Of a DNA stretch of 64,000 nucleotides, positions 46,971-61,000 are shown one piece after another (position 1 is the first letter of the stretch; the number at the start of each line of letters is the position of its first letter). A program made the translations under genes and the position numbers. Below the pieces are notes generated by a model. The model was not told where the DNA came from. It saw nothing but the letters and a program-made list of their open reading frames with translations, and made no database searches. The stretch is taken from assembly GCF_036321535.1 (NCBI RefSeq), contig NC_087437.1:49850001-49914000 (forward strand), given 5' to 3'. Source of the DNA: Camelus dromedarius (lineage: Eukaryota).

Positions 46971-49489
46971 TTGTAGAGGTTTTTCATAAAAAAAAGACAA
47001 TGGCTGTCCAGACATGGAGTTGGTGGTGAAATATGGTAACTGCCACGGCTGCAGCTGGCTCTCTGACACAAGATTAATAAGTTGCCGTTTCCTAGCCGAC
47101 CAGACCCTAGTGGGAACTATCCAGCATTTTATCTTGAATTGTGGGTAACAGCCCTACTGCAAGCTGGCCTAGTTTACTGCTCTGTTTTTTCCAGATCTCC
47201 CAAAGTGCAGCAAACATCTGTGACTCTAATGAGGTCATCAGTGAGGGTGTCCGGAGAGCCGGGCCCTGAGAACTGACCTCACCTCTGCCTGAACAGAAAG
47301 TACAAGTGCTGTGGGGAAGCAGGACAAATTAAAAGGGAGGCCAGCCCTTGGCTGTAAGTTAAGTCCTTAAGAAACTTTTTGCTGTGATTAGAAAAGAGAG
47401 GGAGCAGGAGAGGGGGGCAGAGAGAGAGAGGGAAGATTGAGATTCAGAAATGACAGTACAACAAAGCAGTAGCAAGCCTACAGAATTAGATTTAGGCCTC
47501 ACCGATGAGTATTATCACTGACGTGAACAAGCAAAGCTTATCAGGCCCTTCTTCCTTGAAAGGCTGAATAAAATTGAATTGCCAACTTCTGCATTTTACC
47601 ACGTTTTGGTGGAAATGGCTCAGAGACCTACATGATTTAAAACGAAGCCTCGGTGAATTCAACCACAAAGCATTTATATGTGATTCTGACAGCAAAATTG
47701 TAAACATCACGCAACGCGGCGGATCATTTATAAGTAATTTGATTATAGACACAGAAAACAAATCAAACTACTCCAGGTAGGTAGTGGGCCCCCCACCCAC
47801 CCTGCCCAGCATTATTCCAACAGTCATAGTTCTTACAAATAACATCACCAAACAAACACACAAACACAAGCCCAAACTGCATTCAAATCAGTGAAATATA
47901 ATAATTTTGTTTAGTCATCTAAGGCAAGAATATCTAAGAGACGCCTTTACCTACTGCTTCCTCTAAAAACTCCATTCTTACAGAAAGATAAATATAAGTT
48001 TAAAAAGGAAGGAAAATGTCTTAAGTTTGGCGAAAAAAACCACATTTCCGGAAATTGTCCCCATCATTTTATTTATAAATATATTGGCCACGTGTTGATT
48101 ATGCATTGTCCATTTCAGCCACATCGGCCCACAGAGAACAGTCAAGGCAGTGGTGACGTCTTTGATGCCTAAGGAAACAACCGTGTGAATTAAGTCCAGG
48201 AGCAAAAAAGACATGGAGGTTATCTTCAAAACTTAACTCATATGTATTAAGTCATTCTATATGCAGATATATTTTTCCCTGAGAGAAAATCAGTGTGACT
48301 CCGAATGCTATGTCCTGGTACTTTTACAGTGAGTTTTGATTTTGGAGAAGTGGGAATATTATGTTGGCATTAAATCTGCCAAGTTTATATTTTATTATTT
48401 GCATATTACTATCATTTTTTAGACCAGATCTAATGCAAAAGACACAGAAGACTAGTGATAGAGAAGCAACCACTTTCTTCAAAACCAGTAAATGTCACAA
48501 GAAACTCTCATTTGACCATGTGGAATGGGGGCTTGGGAATGAGACGGCAGTAGCAGACGGACCAGCCAGGAGAAAGTTTCTGATTGATACTGAGCCTTTT
48601 CAGTGTGGCAGCAAGAGGGGCCCCAGGGTGTTGTCCTCAGCTTCATTTATGAATGATGGACATTATGGTTTGAGGTGATCATGAACACGTGCTTAAGATG
48701 CAGGACATTCAAGATGCAGGGTTAAAACAGTAATGCCAGAGAGTTCTAGTACTACCTCCCGTCCCTTAGTGAAGGCAGTTTCACCTCAGAAGAAAGGCAG
48801 CAGCTCTCTGTTCAAAGCCTTGAGCTAGAGCTCAATAGAAAGAGAGGCTTACAAAACAAACCCACCTCTGCTTGCATATGAATTGGGGAGAGGACTTTTG
48901 GGGAGCTGAGATCTACCCCATTACACTTTCTGTCAATTTTCAGGAAGAGCTTGGCTAATACCCATTTCAAGGCTGAGTTTATTTTTTTTTAATGCAAATG
49001 AAGGAAGTGTTGCGTTCAGCTTGGCAAACAGTTTTCAGAAATCCTGTTGGCCTACATTTAGCTGGGAAGCAGCACCCGGTACCAAGGGTAAGGGCTCAAA
49101 CAATCAAGCAGTTGTTTGCCTCACTCACATTCCTGAGGCAATCTGGTTCCAGCTGAACTCCTTGGGAACAGTCTGGGCTATGTACCCCTGGGGCATCTGC
49201 CCCAATTAGCACTGACCCTTGGGAGCCTCCTTACTGGCCCTAGGTCACTCTTGGACTCTGGGTAAACCAGATTACTTTAGGAGCCTCTAGGCTATCCACA
49301 GCCCCAAGAACTGGACACCCTGGCTCACCAACAGAAATTCAGTAACCCTGAAGAGCCCAAACCAACATGGCCTCCTTCAAGTTCTCCGAACCAGAGGAAA
49401 GACACTCGTGGTGGGAGCTTTGCTGTGACAGTGGAACAACAGGAAAAAAGACTCAGAGTGTTCTGCCAGCCTAAACTCAGTAAGGCACA

Positions 49490-49750
49490 GAGCAAGACTC
49501 TGTGTTTAGCCTCAAGGCTGCAGGGTTTCACAGAACTGAGTTTGCTTCTTGGATCTTTTCTAACTAACTGAGTGACCTTGGACAAGTCACCAAACCCTAC
49601 CAAATTTCAGTTTCCTCAAATGTAAAATGGAGACAAAGATATCTGATCCTTCCTGCAGCATCTTCATAAAAATCCAATGGTTTAACGTACATAACGTGTT
49701 CAGTAAAATGCCTGGCTCATAAAATGTCCTCAGTAAGTGGGACTTAATTG
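49490..49750 (+). mobile_element. MIR SINE
   Basis: tgagtgaccttggacaagtcac...tcagtttcctcaaatgtaaaatggaga...tgcctggctcat. Confidence 0.82.
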
Positions 49751-50164
49751 TGAAAACTGAAACCCATCAAGTTTGACCAGGATAATACCATTGTATTTCT
49801 CAGTTTTCCTGAGGAAATCAGGGGCCATGTAATTCATTAAATCCCTTTGTTTTGCTGTGGTTCATGATCAATTTGCAACCAGCCCTTCCTTTTTGAGAGA
49901 GTAAACAATTTCCAATTATTCTTTGGGCGACTCTCCATCCAGCACTTCTAGGCACTGTGGGGGCGAAGGAAGGAATATATGATGTGTCTCCAGCTTGGAG
50001 GATCTGACTGCAAGAACAGAACTGACAGAGCATGAACCAACTCGAGAAGAGTTTAGGCATCAAACTGCCCAGTCCTGAGAAGTGTGTGCAATGGGAGGTG
50101 GAAGAAGGGAGGAATCGGCACGGGCTGCCACGGGCCTGGAAAGTTCCATGGAAGCCTTGGGCTT

Positions 50165-50431
50165 GGTCAGTGTTTACTTAGTGTCCACTCTGAGCCAGAT
50201 GCTGAGAGAGGTGCAGATGAGACAGAGCTCTTCGCTAAGGAGCTTAGAACCTAGAGTGGAGAAAGACCCAGGAACATCCCACTTCAAAATAGGAGGAAAG
50301 TACTATGAGAGTACGGAAGGAGAATGGCTGAAGTTGGTTTTGAAGGGGAAATTGGATTTAGGTAAATCTAGGCAGGTGGATCAGCATAAACAAAGATATT
50401 ACAGTAGAAAATAGTCAAGGGACTCCTAGGG

Positions 50432-50464
<33 letters not shown>

Positions 50465-50500
50465 GAGAGGAAGTGCAGGAGTGGAACAGGGCGTGTAAGT
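50165..50500 (-). mobile_element. L2 fragment
   Basis: gtttacttagtgtccactctgagccagatgct...aaggagcttagaacctag...gctgaagttggttttgaagg. Confidence 0.55.
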
Positions 50501-51454
50501 GGAAGGAAAATAGAGCTTCTAAAATTAGATTAAAAGATTTAAAGAAAACCTATTCTAAATCACCTCTATTTCTTTTTATAAATGTGGCAGATGATCATAC
50601 TAAGAGGCTAGCATAGCCCATAATAGGCAGGTGATAAAAAGTCCAAGGACTGCCACTGGATATGGCTTTTGTGACTGACCTGACAGGACAGAGTTCAGCT
50701 ATGAGTTTATTCACATTTGAACACTCCTATTTCTCAAAGAAAAAACTTAACAGGCTGGTGGGATTGACCAGAGTGGGACTGGAACCAAGGGTGGTTTTGT
50801 GGGTTGTTTTTCTGATAAAGATCCTCTCTTGGAAATTAATCAGAAAAGCAGAGATCTGGGTCCAAGGTCCCTCAGGAGAATCAACTGACCAGGCATTGGG
50901 CTGGTGGTAGGAGTGGAAGGACTATGGAAACTGGGACTCACCCTGTATTCCTGGAGTTGGCTGAGAGAAAGGAACTAGAACTAAAGGCAGCTTCGAGGTT
51001 TTCTGAAGATACCTATATCCCAATCCAATCCCCAGCAAGTCCTCCCGGCTCCTTTGTCTTGAGCTGCCTATTATCTTGGCCTATCCCTGCTGGCTTGGCC
51101 ATCTGCATTGTATGCTGGAGCCAAGATAGGAAAGGTGTTGAGATTCTGAGTCATTCCTGGCTGGGTCATTCAAGGCTTTATCCTATGGACTTACACTTGA
51201 TGACAATCTTCGAGCCATAGTAGCTGAGGAGGTGTCCAGTGCTAGGTCAAATGCTCCTTCGAGGAGAAGAGGTAATCACAGGCTTCTTTCCTTGACAGCA
51301 AGAGCCCTGGAGATAATCATTTAATTCCCACCATGAGGACTGGACATACACAGACAGTAGTTCTGCTGTGTGATTATTTAAGGGGCACTGGGAAGATCAA
51401 GCTGTTGAAATACAACCACTCCATATAGCCTAAAAGTCATTTGGGCTTTTCCCT

Positions 51455-51920
51455 CCATTCATTCAACAAACATTTATTAAGCACCTCTTATGAGCTAGAC
51501 ACTGTGATGGGCAGAGCCTCTATCTTCAAAAGCGTATAGTCAAGTGGAGGAGACTAATGGAGTGAGAAGTGCTGTTAGACATAAGCTCAGGACACTGAGG
51601 GAGCCCAAAGGAGTGGGCTTTGGGATTGCAAAGGTTTCCAGGAGAGGAGACAGAAGACAGGAGACAACATGGAAAAGTTGAGCTGGTTGCATGCTGGGGC
51701 ACGTGGAACAGAAAGAGCTGAAGCAGGATGGGCAGGCAGGTGTCAGGCCATGAAGGGTCTTGCACAGCAGGCTAACAAATCAGGGTTTTACCCCAAAGGT
51801 GATAGAGCATCACTGAAGATCTTACATAAGGAGGTGGCCCAGTCAGTACTGTGTTCTCCAGCAATCTTCTGGCAGCTGAGAGGTAGAATACCTTCAGAGG
51901 TGGAGATGGGATAGGAAGAG
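51455..51920 (-). mobile_element. L2 3' end
   Basis: cattcattcaacaaacatttattaagcacctcttatgagctagacactgtg...aggtttccaggagagg...aggccatgaagggtcttg. Confidence 0.8.
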
Positions 51921-52739
51921 ACTACCAGTCTGTGTGTCAATTAAAATATTCTTAGTTATCCTTTTACAGATGCTAAAATTGAGACTCCAGTTAGTTTATT
52001 TGACCATATTATCATGGCTCCCCATTGGAATTTCTTGACTGGGAACCATGTTTCTCATTTTGGTGAGCTTTTCTTTGTCTAGACGACCACCTGTCCATAG
52101 CAGACACTCCCAAATCATCTGCTGACTCCGTGGCAGATGGAAGACAAGGAAGCAGGTTTCAGTGTTCTGATCTAGAGTTTTTCTACAACCACACACTGGT
52201 TCCCTGAATCAGTTTGAGCGAGTTTAATTTCAGAGATGATTAAAGGCTGAAGTAGCAGTTACATGTAATTACCATGGCACTATTAGGTGTACTGTGTAAC
52301 ACTGAGCTGAGCAGACTAGTCTGGGCAGAAGGGGGCTCTGAGGAGGTGAGAGAGGAGGTGTCCCCTTCAGTCTCCAGGAGGTTGTTCAAGTGTGAGGCAC
52401 TCTGGCAGGAGCTGCAGCCATTAAATTGCTGAGGAAGGGGACTATGGGCAATGCAGAGTCAGGAGGGGGTCACTAAGCTCCTGGGGTGGAGGAGGAGGTG
52501 GAGGGAGGCAGTGAAGTTTCTGAGACGTAGGAGAGACTCAGGAAGGAGAAGAGAGGAGCTCCACTTCGACATATGGTTGCTGGTCTGCTTCCTCCTCACT
52601 CTTGCGCCCCCAAGACTAAGTGAGGATCTTTGGACCTCTCATCCTGTCAGGTCAGTTCAGTTTGTCATTAGGCACCTAAGAGATCCTGTCCAGCAACAGA
52701 GTGAAAGTGCATTGTGAGAATGTGCTTGGGGGCTGCCAG

Positions 52740-52915
52740 GCACAGTGGCTGTGCGGGCTCCGGAGTCTGAGCTGTAGGATATTTTGATCTCAGTTTCCTT
52801 ATCTGTAAAATGGAAATAATAATAGTACCCACTTATAAAGTTGCTATGAGCATATAATAGATGATGTTTGTGAAGAGTTCAGGTAAGTATTGAAAAAAGG
52901 ACTAACATTGATTAT
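52740..52915 (+). mobile_element. MIR SINE
   Basis: tctcagtttccttatctgtaaaatggaaataataatagtacccacttataaagttgctatgag. Confidence 0.85.
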
Positions 52916-53639
52916 TTTCAGGAGCTGGCGGGGTGAGAAGGTCAGGGAACCAATCATGGGTGGTCCCAAAGATGCGTCTTAACATTCCCCAACTACATTA
53001 AACTAATTGGCTCTTGGATGGATCTTCATGGGCCTGAGGGATCTGGCCCCATGGGGACTTTGCAGACACCTGGGGCCATGTATGAGGAAAGGCCCCGGTG
53101 ACAAGAGAGAGTGTGTGGTCGACGAGGGGCAGCTTAAGGAGCCTTGGGGTAGTCGCTCATGAAAGTAAGAACCAGTAGCTTGAGGGAGTGTTAGGAAATC
53201 TGTCTACATCATCACTTTTTGAAAAATATCAGACTAACTAAAATTGGGAAGGAAAAGAAATATGGTCATTTCCTCAAATGTAGCCCATCCAGAGCACCAA
53301 TCGTGCTAACCCAGCAGCATCTGAGGAGTTAAAATACAAAGAAGGCCGTATGTCTTCCAGTCATCCTACTTATTATCATGAGCGTAATGTAAGAAAGTAA
53401 ATAAAGCATTAGGAAGAACATGCAAACTCTTGGTAACTCTGAATAACCCAAAGAATCTTGATTCAAAAAAAAAAAAAAAATAGAACATTTGACTTGACCA
53501 GAAAAAATTCTGATTGAAATATTAGCTATTAGCATTTCCACTGATACAATTATTATAATAGCCTTGGTGTTTCTCATAGACACAAAATCAGCAGAGAGAC
53601 CAGTAGAGAGCATGTATAATAAAGTGTGGAGTGGCATTT

Positions 53640-54130
53640 AAGTCATATCTATAAAAAATAAAAACAGAGCTAAAAATTCAACTTGTTCTTCAAAACTAAA
53701 AAAATGTTTTTCTACTTTTAGGAATCTAGCCTAAGCCAATGGACAGAAATTCAGCCAATAAAATACGTGGAAAGTTATTTATTACAGAATTACCTTAATG
53801 GCAATATTTGAAAATAAACTGCATGTCCAACAACAGGGGGCCTGGTAAATCCACAGGATGGAATATTATGCAGTTATTATAAATGATATATGTTAATATT
53901 ATTGAAGATGTGGGGAAAATGCTCAAGACATAATATTAAATAAACAGAGTGTGAGAGCAAATACATATAGTAAGTAATAAGACTGAAAAGAAATGTACTA
54001 AAATGTTAACAATGGCTATCTTTGGGTGGTAAGATTATGGGAGATTTTTATTTTCTTCTCTAATGTAATATTTTCTAACTGTATAAACTATGTGCATGCA
54101 ATACTTTTATAATTGGTTTAAAAAACACAA
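53640..54130 (+). mobile_element. L1ME-type 3' end
   Basis: tctacttttaggaatctagcctaag...atgtccaacaacagggg...atggaatattatgcagttatt...aaaatgttaacaatggctatctttgggtggtaagattatgg. Confidence 0.75.
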
Positions 54131-54519
54131 TAAAATTATCCTGCACAGTTATATTTGTTTTAGACCTTATAAAAGGAACTATTTATTTCTGCCCATAACA
54201 AATTCCACTGTATTATGGAAAAATTTTAAACTGGTTCTGAATCTTGAGTTTTAAACACTTTGCTCTCCCATCCTCAGATCTCTCAGTCCCAAGCCTCTTT
54301 TTTTATGTCAGAGTTTCTGATCTCTGAGACTTTCACAGATTACACTCCCATTTTTCCCTCTTATTGTCCACTCGTGAGTTTCTATCTCGTACCCACCTTA
54401 TTCTTTCTCTCTTATATTAATGAGGGGGAAAAGTGAAGATAATAGTCACACTGAGCAAGGAGGTATATGTGTGCCTTGTTTTGAGTAAAAAACAGTATAT
54501 AAAACCAAGTAATAATAGT

Positions 54520-55250
54520 ATGCTGGAGAGGGTGTGGAGAAAAGGGAGCCCTCCTACACTTTTGGTGGAAATGTCGTTTGGTGCAGCCACTATGGAGAAC
54601 ACTATGGAGGTTCCTTAAAAAACTAAAAATAGAGTTGCCACATGATCCAGCAATCCCACTCCTGGGCATATATCTGGAGAAAACTCTAATCTGAAAAGAT
54701 ACCTGCTCCCCAATGTTCACAGGAGCACTATTCACACTAGGCAAGACATGTAAGCAACTTAAATGTCATCAACAGATGACTGGATAAAGAAGATATGAGA
54801 TATATATGAATGAATATTACTCAGCCATAAAAAGAATGAAATAATGCCATTTGCAGAAACATGGATAGACCTAGAGATTATCATACTAAGTGAAGTGAGA
54901 CAGAAAAAGACAAATACCATATGATATCACTTATATGTGGAATCTAAAATATGATACAAATGAACTTATTTACAAAACAGAAACAAGCTCACAAACACAG
55001 AAAACAAACTGTGGTTACCAAAGGGGAGAAGGGGTGGGGGAGGGACAATTTAGGAGTCTGGGATTATCATACATAAATTACTGTATATAAAATAAACAAC
55101 AAGGTCCTACTGTACAGCACAGTGAACTATATTCAATATCCTGTAATAAACCATAATGGAAAAGAATATGAAAAAGAATACACACACACTTATAACTGAA
55201 TCACTCTGCTAAAACTTATACAACATTGTAAATTGACTATACATCAATAA
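54520..55250 (+). mobile_element. Cetartiodactyl L1 3' end (ORF2 C-terminus + 3'UTR)
   Basis: tgctggagagggtgtggagaaaagggagccctcctacac...catgatccagcaatcccactcctgggcatatatctggagaaaac...aacaaggtcctactgtacagcacag...aacattgtaaattgactatacatcaata. Confidence 0.93.
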
Positions 55251-55475
55251 CTTTTTTTAATGCACATTAATAAATTCACCTTTAGAATTTACTCTAATGC
55301 ATTTGAAATGCAACTTGACTGTTAAAGGTATGAGATTTCCCAAATTTTCAGGCCCATCCATTGGCCTCTCCACGTCCTTCAGTCTCCAGGTTCTCCTAAG
55401 GTGGATTTACCCGACCCCATGGTATAAAGCAGCTCAGGCAAGGCTGCAGGGAAGCACGTGGAAGAGGTTGTTCTT

Positions 55476-55785
55476 CAGGTTAGGATTAGCTTAAGGCAAG
55501 CAAGACACTAGCTTCAGGCACAGAATTTAAGGGAGGAGGCAAAAAACTCATAATCAAAATAAATATTGCTTTAATGTATATTTTTAAAAATCAAGATTAA
55601 TGCAAAAAATTCCATGATGAACAAAATATCAAAATTTTGAAAAGGCCAGTACCATGCCAAACCCTATTGGAGCCTGAGGTGAAAGGAAAAAATGTGCAGC
55701 CCTATAAATATGTTCCTATTACTTTTTAATGACTCATTTTTTTCCAAAACAGCAAAGTAGTTTTAAAACATTGAAACATTGAAAA
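55476..55785. mobile_element. hAT-Tip100 element fragment (Arthur1-like)
   Basis: aggcaagcaagacact...aatttaaggg...aaaaaactcataatcaa..ataaat...aattaatgcaaaaaattccatgatgaacaaaatatcaaaatttt. Confidence 0.6.
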
Positions 55786-56354
55786 ATTGGCATCTGTTCA
55801 TTCTGGAAGGAATAAAATCACATAGCAATCACTCCTCAAATTCTGCCATGATGAGAAGTCCCAAAACTCTGGGTCAAACATTTAACAAATATGGCATCTC
55901 AGGTTCACCTAATTATAGGTTTAAATTCCCATCCCAAGTTAGGCACAGAGGGCTCACATTCTAGGAGGAGACATCCTACACCAATACCATTCAGTTCACA
56001 AATATTCATTGAACACCCACTGCATGCAGGACAGTTTTCTAGGTGCTGACGCTGCATTGGTGCATAAGACAGACTACAGCCTGGTATCACCTCCTTAATT
56101 AACTGGTTTTCCTTGCTTATTTGTTCAACTGTTTTTAATGGATGCTTACTTCTAACCAAGCTTTCTTTTTTCAAGCTGCTGTAAATTTACTTTCTGCTGG
56201 TCATCGACATCATTCTTTGCATTACTGAAATGGGCAGTCTTGCTCTAATTCTTGCATTTTGTGCTGGATCTTTACCCTTCTGTGACAGTTCATTTCCCAC
56301 ATGAGTAAGTCAGTCTTCTCTGCAGTACTGCCTTTGCTTTTCCTATTTTCTCCC

Positions 56355-56450
56355 TTCCCAAGCTCAGTGCTTTGTATATAGTAGATGTTCACTAAATATT
56401 TGAGGATCGCTTGGTTGTTGAATGAATGAATCGGTAAATGAATGAACAAA
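56355..56450 (+). mobile_element. L2 3' terminus
   Basis: cagtgct...atagtagatgttcactaaatattt...gttgaatgaatgaat. Confidence 0.65.
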
Positions 56451-56644
56451 GGAAGAAACAAATGAATGTACCTGGTCCTTGGAGGGAAGGAGGCAGAATC
56501 ACCATGTGCCACCTTGCTGTTTTTGTATGTTTGATACGTGAATATATGATTGTGTACATGTTGTCTGTGTACGATGAGGAGCAGCCGCAGGTGGAACAGA
56601 AACTACAGGATAAGCCCTCCTGATTGCGGTGTTTCAGAAACAAC

Positions 56645-56770
56645 CCTGGCCTGGGAGGTGTGTGCTGTGTTGAGCAGGTCACTCCTCCTTATTGAAAGGG
56701 TCTCTGTTTCCTCATCTATAAAATAAGGTTGCTGGACTATGAAGTCTAAAGGACTTTTTAGCTCTAACAC
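56645..56770 (+). mobile_element. MIR3-like fragment
   Basis: tctctgtttcctcatctataaaataagg..ctggactatgaagtctaaaggac..agctctaac. Confidence 0.7.
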
Positions 56771-57164
56771 AAGTTGAATTCAATGCTCCTGATGCGGAAG
56801 GTATCAGTGAGTGTGGGTACCGATGAGGACTGCCTTGAATTCTTTTGTGCTTTTGGTGTTTTTAGGAAAGGAATGCCCTCTATCCCCACCATATAAACAT
56901 CAATCAGGAGAGGGGGGCAATTGTGATGTTTCTTTCCGATGGGGATAGCTCTGTGATTCCAAGATGGCCCTCTGGTATTCAGTTATTTTAATGTTAAAAT
57001 GAGGAAAATCCAAAGAATCACCTCAGGTCCCTTCTAGGACAAAATATCCATTTAGCATGAATTTTTGTGCTCATGTATGGTGTTGGGGGGCCTTATTTTG
57101 TTTTTAATTCAATCCTTGAGAGAATTGGTAAATCAAATGTCAGGTGTGAATACTACTTAACAGT

Positions 57165-57300
57165 GACTAATATTTGCATAGTGTTTTATAGTTCACACAG
57201 ACATTTTTCCATTTATATGCCCATTTAATCCTCAGTGCAGTCCTGTGGTACAGGAATGTCTGATTATAATCCTCTTTTTATGTGTGAAGAAAATGAGCTG
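57165..57300 (-). mobile_element. MIR fragment
   Basis: ctaatatttgcatagtgttttatagttcac...catttaatcctca...cctgtgg. Confidence 0.6.
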
Positions 57301-57889
57301 ACCCTGTGGTGCTCATCTTTGCACCCCAAACCTCCAGCTCTTTGCAGACACAGATTTTTTTTTGAAACTCTTTCAAGGAGGAAGGGCCCTCAATGGAGCA
57401 GGCATCCAGCAGAGTCTGCGCCATTGTTTCTCTGAGATTAGGGGAAAGCTTCCTGCTTTGGAGGACAGGGTGGAATAAATCAGTGGTTTCCCCCAAACTT
57501 GGCCTAAGCCCCGACCTGAGGAATCAGAACACCCCAGGGAGTGACTGAAATTCTAGTTCTGAAAAAATTTCTGAATTCACAAATTTTTTGTATTTAAAAG
57601 TTCTCATACAAAATTTTAGTAAATGTGTATTCAGTGGTATGTGTCCATTTGCTTCTCTTTCTAGCTGACAAAAGAAAAGAGGTGTAACTCTGCACTTGGT
57701 TCCGCCCATTTTTTAAGTTGTGTGTGCGTGCATATCTGGAGGTCTCTGAATTTCTCAGAACTTTTTTGAATTGTGAAATTCAAAACTCTAGAAAACAGTG
57801 AGGTACACCCATCTCTTTTATCATAGTACTTCCTTACACAAAAATCTTGAAAGGTCCTTCATTACATCAGATTAAGTACTAATTCTAAA

Positions 57890-58010
57890 GTGTAACTTGA
57901 TTACAAACTGTTTGATCTCAACTGCTCTAGGTTTTCATTTCTAAGCTATAAAATGAGGCTGTTTGACTAAACAGTTTGGAAAACAACTCTCAGCCCTTAA
58001 ATTCTGTGGA
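57890..58010 (+). mobile_element. MIR3-like fragment
   Basis: tgtaacttga...ctataaaatgagg..tttgacta...cagcccttaaattctgtg. Confidence 0.45.
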
Positions 58011-61000
58011 TTTATAAGTGTTGCAGATTTGAATCCAATGGCATCCAAAGGGCAATAAGCAAAGGTTCCCAGAGACAGCTTCTCCAGAGGACAGAGTAAG
58101 GCTGGCTGGGGGAACCCCTACATTCCTGGTGTTGGCCGAGTGAGTATGGTTTGGGTGTTCACTCTCAGAAGAAAGAGCTCCACACATTTCCATCAAGGTA
58201 GCTAAAGAAGGAGCTAAATTCTTCCAATGAGTTCAAGTCTAATGCACGTTAATCAAAATAGCATAATTAAGTAGAACATAATGTAGTAAAAGGCAAAAAT
58301 TAATCATTCAATATGAACTGTCCAGTAAGTAACTAATTTCTCTTTTATGTCTCCCTTCCTTCCTTCCTCCCTGCCTTCCTTCCTTCTGTCCTTCCTTTCA
58401 TTTTTTCCATTCTTTTCTTTCATATTCCATTAGCACCTTCAACACAAAATGAACATCTCCATGATTTATTTTAACCCAGATCCCATCACAAGCATGGAAA
58501 GAAGTAAATCAGAAGAATGAATGTGTGTTGTGAAAATGGGTAATAAAGTGGTGATAGATGACTATTATTGTGACTGTTACGATATTGTCAAGTTGAATTC
58601 ATGTACAATATGTCCATTCAGAAATCTAGCAAAACACAAAAACTATTTTTTTTTTTTTGCTTTTTTTAAAGCTTTGTTTTAAAAGGACACCTTCCTGTCA
58701 CTGGTGCGTGTAAGTGAATAAAATGAAATTGATGCCTAGCAGGAGAAAAAAGGGAAAATACTTTTTTACTTTGTATTAAGAATATGTGACATCTTTGCTG
58801 TCAGTGATAGTGAAGTGAAATACATACCAAATATGTCTTGACATAACTTGACAGGAATGTATGTCTTCTTTTCTCTCATTTATTTTTGTGATAAGAATAT
58901 GTGATTTTGCTGCCAAGGAAGCTTGTAATGTTGTAGAGAAATGGAAATGAAATTGTGTTGGGTATGTCCAATTTCCCCTGACAGAGTGGCATAAGCTGTA
59001 TTGCACGCATGCAGCCTTGGGAAGTTAACAACAGGCCTCAGCCAGCAAGACCCAGGCGTTGACATTTGTCAAAACAACTTCCTCAACATATCAAAATGTT
59101 CCTTTCTCTTTTGTGTTATTCAGATGTGTTCGGGTAACTACGTTTTAGAAAATGGTGACTGTCAGAGAATCATTGCTATCCACATGTGAACGATATCAAG
59201 AAAAAATCTTATCTTTCACACTCAAATGTCAGCCTATTCCATTGTGATTGCTCTTAATCCATGAGGGTCTTTTAAAACAAGTCAAAATCTAATATAACTA
59301 AAACTGTTGCCTTTTTGTTTTGTGGGTACCCCCACCCCATAGTCTCACAAATGTAAATGTCACAAATTGGATCTTTTTCCTTCCTCCCAAAGTGTCGCAC
59401 AGATGGAAGTTGTGCATTGATGTAAGTTTGGTCTATTGTTCTTGGGTTCATTTTTATAATTGTTGCCTTTCTTAGAACTCAAATAATTTGGGTACATTGG
59501 TCTTTCAGAAAGTGTTCTAAATTTCTTACTCTATTGCTGTGGAGCAGTAGATGTTAGGCGAGGTGAGTATCAAGCACAAGAAAATAGTATTTTAAGTGAA
59601 TCTCCAATTCTTCTGGGGACTCTTTAAGGATACACACACAATTTCTAGAACCCTAGCAACAATTTCTACAATAAATGGTGTTTGAAGCAAGAATCCCTTA
59701 CCTAGGGCAGACAGAAAGAGAATCAGCCAGCAGTGTAATCATTGCTCTGCTGTTTGAAGGAATATCGAGCTCAGATGCCTCCAGAAAGCCCACCAGGCCC
59801 AGAGGCACTGGACAATAAAAAGGGAAAAATAATAGACTCCAATGCTTTATTAAGTATATTTTTTCTCACTTAGGTGCCCATTCCCTGGTCAGACAATTAG
59901 TTGAGGTTCTTTCCAGAGAAAGTGTTACCCACCAAGAAAAACTCTTTTAACCTTTCAAAATAACAAATATCTTTAATGACTTTTATCCCCTTTCCATTGA
60001 CATCACAGATACAATGTGGCCTGTCTTGAAGTCAAGCCCAAATTGAAATCACTGCTGGCAGGGAAAGGAAAAATAGAACATTTGACAATAAGAGTGACAG
60101 ATGAAGCTTTGGGGACCTTGAAAGGGAGAATAACTCAAGCTATGACCTGGGACAGAAATACAGCACCTTAGGAAAATACCTGCCCAATCTGTAAGTTAAT
60201 AGGCAGGTACATTTGCACATGATAATGGGCTAAATCCATTGCTTGAGAGAAGTTGGTATTATTTTCCATGTACATGTTTAAAAGGAAAGTCGGACATGCT
60301 TTCTGGCAAGAACCTTTTGATTATAGACCAATTGTTCATCACCACACTCCCTGGGGAAAACATTTTTATTTGGTTGTATGAAAGGATATAACATTTACTA
60401 GAAATATTTCTGAGGATAGGGCTTCCTAAATTTCCTTAATCTTGCTACAAATGATTATTAAGCAATTAAAAGGGTAAAAAAATTTTTATATATTACATGT
60501 GTATTTTTCCAAAGATAAAGGCAACTTCTTATTATAACCCTCAATCTATTCGCAGGAGGGAGAAACTTTGTATTTTGTGACTTAAAAAACCTATTAGTTA
60601 TGTCCCAACTTTAATTTTATTTTTATTGTGCTACATTCCTAAATGATTACTTGAACTATTGGGGAAAAGTTAGTAGGATTTATCAATTTCTAGTGATTTC
60701 CGCCATCTACTCCTAATTATCTATGCTTGCGTTGCTGTTCACCTTAGATTTCTTTAAAATACAGTTTGTTTAAGGCTTAATTCGCTCTTGGTTGGTTTGG
60801 TGACTGGCAGTAATGATGTTCTGGTGTTACCCATTATAGTGAGAATTTTCCCCAATGATGGTCATTGTAGGTCGTTTCTATCAGGTATATTTTACTTCTA
60901 GAGCTATTAGAGAAGAATTTAATTCCAGTAATTCATTATTTGAGATAAATTTCCCAAGGAGTCTTCAGCTTAGACTTTAGAGGCACTGCCTTCTATTCAA

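Noticed and set aside
52957..52965. Perfect GLI site TGGGTGGTC (another, GACCACCCA, at 33794-33802 inside the MLT1 LTR)
   Set aside because: Isolated 9-mers without clustering; one of them is repeat-derived.
54412..54744. ORFs at 54412-54744, 54433-54618 and 26600-26788 as genes
   Set aside because: Sense or antisense readings of broken L1 ORF2 C-termini
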